NCBI GenBank assembly: GCA_000697335.1
Contig: JNEM01007126.1
Span: 1-45,971, forward strand
Direction: 5' to 3'
DNA length: 45,971 bases
Origin: Conidiobolus incongruus B7586
Taxonomy: Eukaryota
A model generated the notes under the pieces. That model did not search any database. It was not told where the DNA came from and worked only from the letters and a program-made list of their open reading frames with translations. This document shows positions 37,401-45,971 of the stretch, piece by piece. Both the position numbers and the translations under genes were made by a program. How positions within the stretch are numbered: position 1 is the first letter of the stretch; each line of letters starts with the position of its first letter.

Positions 37401-40400
37401 TTGGTTTCATTTTCAGGCTCAGGTTCAGGGAATCTTTGTGCTAGTACTTCTTGTAGCATATCTTCAGGAAGAGCATCTAAAAATGAGGGATCCATATCGG
37501 TATGAGATATATCAACCATACGTCCATTAACCGAATACAAGATGGGTTCGCGTCGGGAGGTTGAAGCACCTTGATTATCATCTGAGTGCTGGGCTGTAGT
37601 TGATTCTTGATTGTTACCTGGTTCTGCAGTTTGATCTTCTTGAGTTGGTTCAGATGCATCTTGATTCTCTTGGGAAGGATGATCACTACGAGCTTCATTT
37701 AAAAGCGCTAATGCGGCACTATCATCGGCAGTAGTGCTGTCTTCCATTTGGCGATCGAGAGCAGAAGAATCTAAAGATTGTTCACTGAAATCAACGTCCA
37801 TAGGTTCAGGTTGACTTTCGTCGGCTTGTTCAGATTGATCTTGAGGTTGATCTCTTTCACTCTGTTGAGGTGTAAGCATCTGAACAATTGATTGTTGCAA
37901 TGACAATACTTGATCAGAATTAGAGGTACCGTTTAAGAAGTTATTTTCTTGGTACCAGCGTTCATGAGATGAAAGCAAGGACAATTGATAAATAATAGTG
38001 GCAGGACTATTAGAAGGATCTGAGCCAGGTCTAACGGATAGTCTTAATGAACGAGATCTATCTGAAGAAAGATCCAAGTGAGTTGTAATCACATTTTGCA
38101 AATTGGGAGTAGAAATAGTAGTAATATGGTCATTTAGTAGACCACCATGACGGCCGCCAGAATTTCTTTGCAAGAGCTGCGTAACTAATTGTGCGGTGGT
38201 ATTTCCAATCATATCGCTAAGCAACATTCCTTGACGAGATTCATTTTGTGGTCCTCGTCGGCTTGATAATACTTCTAATGGATTATCTGATTGATCGGCG
38301 GGGTTGGATAAAAGAGGGTGAACAGAATTGGGATTAAATGAAGAGCCAAGCAAAATGGAACGAGGACCACCAGAAAGCAAGCTGTCATGGAGATTTAAAA
38401 ACTCAGTTTGGATATTAGAAAGACGAATTGGATTAAGTTCAATGCCTGTGGATCGACTGGTACCGTTGAGATCGAAATTTCTGTTGATTCTTCCAATTTG
38501 GGAAGTATTGAAATTGGATCTAGGGCTGGAACGATCATCAATTTCATCATTGCCACCTTGAAGTTCGCTCGGACTAAATACAGTTTGGTCAATAGGCATG
38601 TCTTGATCATTAAATTCTGAAAAAACAATTTCAGGTGCGAGTTGTTGAGATTGATCGAGATCCATTTCCAAATCTTCAATATCCCATTCAGCAGACTGTT
38701 CATTTTCTGAATTGATGCCATCAAGAGATTCATCGCCATCCTCATCAAACTCCATGACAACAGTACCAGGATGCTCGTCTTCGCCAAAGCTATTTATTTC
38801 ATCTTGGATTTCGCCATCATCTTCGTCGTCATCATCACCAACATCATCTTCGTCATCGTCTTCGTCATCATCATCATCATCATCATCGTCTTCGTCATCG
38901 TCCATATCATCTTCTTCATCATGATCATGATCAGGACCAACAATCTCGACAATATCTTCCATTTCATCTTCGGTATTGCGATCAGAGGCATTGGAGCTAT
39001 CGTCAGCAGACATGTCATAAATTTCATCTTCATCTGAAGACAAATCATCTTCATGCTCAGAAACATCCAAATCGCCTCCAAGCATGCGAAGAGAAGAGTT
39101 TCTATAGAAATCAGCTCTTTCCTCCGCTTCACTATCGCTTGATTCTATAGCATTGGCATCAACTGAAAAATCTTGCAACTCTTTAGGAAGAGATTCGAGC
39201 TGCTCAGGGTTTCCTAACTTAATAGCATGCTTAGATAAGATTTCTAACGGCTTGAGGAGTGAGTTGATGGTATTTTTGATAGAGGTGTAATTCAAGTCTA
39301 ATTCGTTAATACAAGAGACTAGTAACGAAACAAAATTTTTTTCTATCATTAGTTTAACAATTGATAGTGTGACATCTTCATCAGTTTTGGAAATACTGCC
39401 ACCGGGGGTCTTTTTACAGGTAAGAATCTTGTGACAAAGCTCTGCAAGAGTAGACAAACGCTTATATTTGATATCTAATCTACGAATGGATAATGTATCT
39501 TGAATTGACCTAGCAATGACATCAAGCACTGATTTCCTAACAGAAGTCAATTCGTTATGATAAAGATCGTTGACATTATCACTTTCTCCAATACATATAG
39601 CACAAAGAAGAGATAAAGTCCAAGAAGCAGTTTGTTGGATTAGATCACGATGGCTCTTACTTATAGAAGAAAGATTGGCTGGCTTCAGTAGTATATCATT
39701 AATTAAGAAGCTTAGTAAGGAACTGCGTGATTTGAATGGAGGATTGTGAGCTGATTTGGATAATTTACCGGGGCCAAATAGTTCAATTCTACAAGAAGGA
39801 AAACAGAAAAGAAGCTCGGAAATCACTTGGAGCAAGAAACACTTGTAAAGATATACTGATTCTTCTTTAGTTGTGAGTTGATCTTTAGATGTAGCTTCAG
39901 TATTGGGAGTATTTTGATCTTCGTTGTCTGAAACATCCATATCAGTATCTTTCATTGGAGCCTTTTCAGGTTGTTCAAATTGCTTATGTAATTCTGATAG
40001 CAAGAAGTACAGAGTATTAATAGATGACTCAGATAAGGCTGGTACAGGTTTGCAGAAATTTTCATCTTTGTGCTCGGCATCTACTGATTGATCGTAATAC
40101 TTGTAAATAAGATGATTACTACGTCCTTCAGTATTAGGTTCTTTCAATTTAGAAACATCAACAACAGATTTAACAAATATCTCAGGATCACGCATTGCGA
40201 CATGAGAATTAGATTTTAGAAATGAATTGATATCAGCCATACGTGGACGAGGGTGAATAAACCAGCGCTTCAAATTTTCCGACATCGAAAAGTGCAATAG
40301 TTTTTGATTTTCAATTATGTGTCTAATAATAACAGTAAATTGATCATGGTTAGAAATATAGTTCAAAGAATAGTTGAAGAAAGGAGATAAGAGTAATTGA

Positions 40401-43400
40401 ACACCATTATTTGAAACAAACTGAGCCACTTGATCTTCGTGCTTAGTTAACCTGACGAGAATGCGATAGATTGCCAATACAATATCCTTAGAGTATGTTT
40501 CTAACTTGAGATAGTCTAAACATATATCCATTAAAGTACTTCTTGACGAGGGATCAACGACGAATGTATGATCAGATTCAGAAGCAGGTTTAAGGCGTAA
40601 TGAGTCTTCATAAGCTATACAAAGTTCGATACATAATAAAGAGCTAGCCAAACATGTTGAAACTTGTTCAGAAACGTTACCAGAAATATGCTTTTTAACC
40701 AACAGAACCAATTTTGGAAATATTTGACATATTAAAGGATTTAATAAAGTCAAATTCGCAGGTTTGTTGCTTAAAAGTGCTAATAAACGAAGACGACGAC
40801 CAAGAGGAATAATAAAACTTTCATCTTCAGAGTCAACTAACTGCTTCTTAAGTTCTCTTTCAATGGATTCCAAGGTAGTTGAAGTTGTAGAGGATTTTTG
40901 TAAAAGCATAGCGAGAAGATCTCTGGCACCAAATACTGCATTTTCAACATTATCAACAATTGTAAACATATATGTAAAAATGATATCGTATAATTCTTCT
41001 GTACTTGATTCTAATTGTTCAAGGGTGGGAACATTAGAAATATCTGATTTTTTGAAAATAGGATCTTCAACAGTAGGTTCGGCGGGCTCGGCTTCTTGAT
41101 TGGTAGATTGTTCACCATCATTCTGCTGATTTTGAGATGATGCATTTTCATCATTAGGTTCATCATCACCATCACCATCTTGATTTTCACCGGATTGGTT
41201 ATTCCCTGATGGATTAAAGCTAGCTGTAGCAACAATTTCAGGATGACTAACCAAATATTCTGCTGCACGATTTAAATTATTATTACATCTTACTAATGCA
41301 ATTTCTGCTGCACTTGTTGGGAATCCCATTTCAGTAAGCTGTTGAACCATTTGCTGATTAGGTTCAGGTCTACGGACAGGGAAAATAAGGTTTAGATGAA
41401 CTGGAGGTGGTAATCTTGTAACTGCGGTCTCAATGTTCAATAATTGACCTTTGATAATATTTCCAGAAACAGTAAACAAAGAGTTAATAAAATTGGAGCT
41501 GAATTTGGTCAAATGCTCAGACTTCCAAACCATGCTAAGAGCAGGACCAATCAAATGTCTTGATTTGATAATGAAATCGTTAGGATGAATTGTTTTGGAA
41601 TCTGCTTCTTCTGACTCATTAGCCATTAAATTGCTAAGATGAGGAGAGTCATAATAGAGTCGGAAAGCTGTGAGACAGTCAAAATAAGCAAGAACGTATC
41701 TTAAATCGTTATAATTTGGTTTTTCTGTAGCATCTTGATTCACTGCATCTGATAATTCTTCAGCTAACTTGGATTCGCAATAACTCCAGAGTCTTTTGAA
41801 AACTTGAATGGATGTAGAAATTCCCCCATGTGTTTCAAAGCCATAGAGTAAACATAGTTGGACATAAGATTGGTTCCGATCGTCTAATAATAATAGCCTC
41901 AATAAAGTGAAGATAGATATATAATAATTATAGTTAATATCATCTATATTGTTATTAATTTTATCCCATGTGAGGTGTTGAACTAAAAGATTTCCAATAT
42001 CTTTTCCAATAGAGCAACCTTGAATTCGGTTTTGCTTTTCCATACTACGACGGCTCATCAAAAGCTTGGTTAACCCTTGCAAGAGAGAAGTGATAGTAGT
42101 ATTGAGCTGGATAATGAGATAATATGTGGATTTAGCGTGAGAAGCCGTGTATTCAATATTATTCAAATCACCATTAATACCACCTTCCTTGAAAATAAGA
42201 TATTGTGAATTCTTAAAATGATAATTTTCAATAGCACAGATTCTCTGTATTGTACCAATTAAAGGTAACGATTCATGTAATTCCGCGTTGTAAAAGGAAT
42301 CCATTAAGACATTGAGTAGATGAAACGTGACTTAAAACAGTAGAGGAACAAAAATCTGAAACTAGGGATATTAGTCCAAGGAGTTGAGAAAACTGATCAA
42401 CGATGACTGGTTTTTGTTTAGAATCTCCATTCTCAATGTATTTCAATAAATAACTAGGATCAGAGTCTAAATTGAGAGTTTCAATTGATTTTTTTAGGAT
42501 TCTGTTCAACTTTCTACCAAGAGGTTTGATAACATCTTCAGGATCGAGACGGCATAGAATTCTAAGCAAGTGTGACAAAGCATAAGCTCCAGACATATTT
42601 GTGAAATCGTAAGGCAAAGAAGGAATGAGATAAGTGTCAAGTAACAATTCAATTCCATTTTGTTCGATAAAGTAATCTGTATGGCTTGAAGTCTGAAAAA
42701 AGCTTTCTAAAAATTTAGAATTACACTCAATGAATGATACTAGGACTGTTTCAGCTTCGACATTAGCTTTATCACGATTTTCAGCTTCAGAATCAGGTTG
42801 TAAAAGGTTAGTATTAATAGTTGTGGCTAAATTATGAATTACATCTGAGTTCTTCTCAGCCCATTCCGTAAAATTATCGACCTGACCCAATTCGCAAGTT
42901 TTCTTGAGGAGAAGGACAATATTATCAAGCACCAAGTTAAGTAAAGTAGGATGATGACGAACCAATTCATCTAGAGAATTCCCTAGGCTAGCAAGAAAAT
43001 CTGCCTCCCTGATACAAAGTAAATAATCGGTAGAAAGAAAGATTTTAAATAAATCGTTAATAACAGTAGACTCTGTTAAAGACCTAATGCCAGCCTCATT
43101 AAGGCAGATTGCGCCAAAGCAATTACAGATAGAGTTGATAACGTCGACAGAAACTGGGATAGACTGTTTCAAGGAACTTAGAAGTGTTTGGGGCACATTA
43201 GCTTCTTGCAAAATAGACAGCGAAGTAGGTTCATTATGGATAATATTTGATAAGACATTTATAGTAGCCGAATAAACAGAGGGTGAAAAGTACTGAGGTT
43301 TAGAAAATACAGTTTTCAAAGAATTAGGTAATGAAAGCTCGCTCAAGTTTCTCAAGCCATTTCTGACATTAGAAGATTGGAGCATATGAATGATAAACTT

Positions 43401-45017
43401 AAGCATACTCTTGAGTAGAATTGTATGTTCAGAGATGATGGCGTCGGGGTGAGAAGACAAATCCATTTTGTCATATTCTTCGATTTTGTTTTCGGAAAGT
43501 TCGAGGCATTTTTCGGTTTCAGTCTTAATCTTTTCGATTAAAATATTGACTCCTTGTGCTTCCTGGAAAAAGTTAAATGAATTACCGAAACCATAAACAA
43601 CATTGTCGAGCAATTGAATAGCTTTATTCAGAATCCTGACTGTAAAGCATGGAGTAAGTGGAGTTTCGATGAGGTCAACAAGTTTTTTGATGATTCCAGC
43701 ATTCACAAGCATGCTTCCTCCCATTTGAGTAGACAAGATATAAGATAAGAAACTGAAAAATGTATCTGCATATGGTTTGGTAAAGTTTTGATTGATATTG
43801 GAAAGGGGATTAACGAAATGCCTTAGAATATGTAATAGTATACCATGATTGGCGTTAGCATTTATTGAGGCCAATACCTCACCAAGTTTACCTCGGTGAT
43901 GAGATATCGAATTTAGTACTTCAATGCTTGCAATTTGGATGCTCATTGGCGCTCTGTTATCTGGGTGAATAATTTCAGCCAATTGGGGGATCAGATTGGG
44001 ATCATATAAAAATATAACGGATTGTGCCACCTGTTCTGGAACTAAAATTACAGTGATTGCCATAGCAAGTAGTCTGATGGCGAGTAATTTATCTTTCAAT
44101 TTGGGATTTGAAATCGACATAGCAACCCTAATTTGATGATATAAGGAAAGCTGATGTTCTTCAGGGACGTTATATTTTTCAACTAGCATTTTAAAAACTG
44201 AGTCTGGGTCTCCATGTTCTAAAGGATTAGGCAAATTGATTGTGACAAGTGTATCACTGCTGGATTCGGATGAAATGTTTTTGGAAGCATCTTCAGTATG
44301 AGAAACATCGCTATTGTCATATTTAGGGTAAAATTGATAAGTTATAGGCGTAGAATTTGGTGGTACTTGTACTTCAGGGTCACACAATCTGGTCAAGGTA
44401 AGTTTAGAATCTGATAATTTCCAATGTTTGGCCAAGGTGAAAATGCGACTTTGTGTGATTTTAAAATTCATTCTAGAACTTCTGGGTCTTGAAACGCGTT
44501 GAGCAGGTTTAAGAATTAATCCTAGTGTAGCTTCTAAAACATCGAGATCATTTGTATACAAGAGATTATTCAAATGCTAAAATATATAGTAAGTATAATA
44601 CATTCAAAATAAAATCTATATTACCTCAGTGGACTGATAAAGATATCTATTAGTACATTTGTCAAACAAGTTTTTAGTCAAGTTTAAAATTCCAAGTAAA
44701 AGAAGTTTGTCGGATTCAGAAAATGATTCAGTTTGAATGGAAGTTAATTTATATTTAGAACATAATCTCTCTAAAATTGAATCGAAACGGTTTAACACTT
44801 CGATCCAGTGAGACATGTCTACTTTAGGAAAATTCCAATCATCTGAAGAAGTTAAAACATTGATTAATTGCTCTTCTGAAAGTTCCAATAATTCATTAAT
44901 AAACACTTTCAGAAAGTTAGGCTAGATAATGGAAGTTAGCATAATGAATAAGTAATGATGATGTTGATACTTTACCAATGTAGAGCCACTTTTTGGATGT
45001 GTTTTGTTTATTAACAT
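34425..45017 (-). CDS. TOM1: HECT E3 ubiquitin ligase TOM1/HUWE1 (~3,478 aa; one +1 frameshift at ~42273-42331)
   Basis: Exons 45017-44976, 44921-44625, 44576-34581 and 34527-34425. DUF908/DUF913-like N-terminus ([38 protein letters not shown]), UBA ([26 protein letters not shown]), acidic tract, UBM-like repeats ([25 protein letters not shown]), HECT domain ending RLPSAHTCFNQLDIP...GFGFS*. Confidence 0.93.
38812..38932 (-). repeat. Coding (GAT/GAC/GAA)n tract giving poly-Asp/Glu in TOM1
   Basis: tcatcatcatcg-type triplet repeats on the + strand translate to [30 protein letters not shown] on the minus strand. Confidence 0.9.
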
Positions 45018-45971
45018 TGATAATATTCAATATTTATTAAAAACTGTGATTTAATCAATTATAATCAAATTGGATTTATCTTTATTTTGTTCAAGATTTT
45101 AATTATATTTTATGGGACTGATGACTAATCAATTGGATGATGTAAATTTTATCCTTATTATATCACTTTCACATAAGACTCCCATTTCCAATTTTAGAAT
45201 TAGTATAACGAGTATTAAGACATAATTATATATAAGATCACAATAATTAAATCTATCTTCACTCATTACTATAATCAAGCATCCTTGGATTCATCAAAAT
45301 AAAAATATTCATAATAATTAATGAATATGATTGTTTTCTAATTTATATCCACAAAATTTAAACAATCTACAAAAAATTATATTAATAACATAATTTAAAC
45401 AAAACAACTTGGAAATATACTATTAAACAGTCATAATGATTACTATATTATCCTAACTTAAATAATAAATATATAATGGTTATTATGAATAAAATTAGTA
45501 CTCAATTATTACTCTTCAATATATATTTATAATACAACCTATTTTAAAATAACGAGATATTTATAGAAAATAATATATTTACATATATTTTATAATATCA
45601 TCAATTCTATATTCATATTTATTTTTTGAATTTTTTATAGTTTAATGTATTCAATACAACATTTATTTTATAAAAATTGATTTATATAAATTTGTATATT
45701 TTAATAATTTCTTATTATTAAATAAATATCAGGTAAAACATAATTTATTTCACTCAATATTAGAATTTCCAAAATAGCAATCATTTTAAAAATTTAACTA
45801 TTATGTTCATCATTTCTAAAATAATTGATTTATTTTAATTACATGTTTGAGAATATAATACAATAGAAAAATAAAACTCTATTTACAGATAAGATTCTGA
45901 TATATCAACTATATAAACCATTTTGTAATATTTAATAGATTTAGATAATATTTTTAAAATGAGAAATGTTT

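Noticed and set aside
34947..43275. Many short ORFs inside TOM1, including poly-Ser, poly-Ile and poly-Met ORFs at 38712-39132
   Set aside because: Off-frame or antisense readings of TOM1, mostly from the GAT/GAC acidic repeat.
1..45971. CRISPR arrays, rRNA genes or prokaryotic operons
   Set aside because: No repeat-spacer arrays or rRNA-like sequence seen; spliceosomal introns show the DNA is eukaryotic, including the bacterial-like pip gene.

Overview
Very AT-rich eukaryotic DNA with short (about 45-70 nt) GT-AG introns. Gene content points to an early-diverging fungus; Entomophthorales-like is an inference only. Apparently intact genes: a divergent glycine-cleavage H protein, a YJR142W/NUDT20-type Nudix hydrolase, tRNA-Gly(GCC), RXT3, a proline iminopeptidase, an ALO1/GULO-type aldonolactone oxidoreductase and a homeobox factor. 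A ~3,480-aa TOM1/HUWE1 HECT ligase carries one unexplained +1 frameshift. The spacers hold decayed sequence: a Nudix duplicate, two proline iminopeptidase copies, a trypsin-like pseudoprotease, a KICSTOR ITFG2 pseudogene and a probable LINE endonuclease scrap. There are also two copies of a DD34D mariner (one full length with TIRs and TA flanks) whose motifs are eroded mostly by C>T/G>A changes. Most notable: (i) the H protein lacks its lipoyl-lysine; (ii) the lactone oxidase has Leu at the FAD-linking His, as in plant GLDH; (iii) the hypermutated animal-type mariner; (iv) loss of ITFG2; (v) the TOM1 frameshift. All calls come from manual translation and motif recall; no searches were run.
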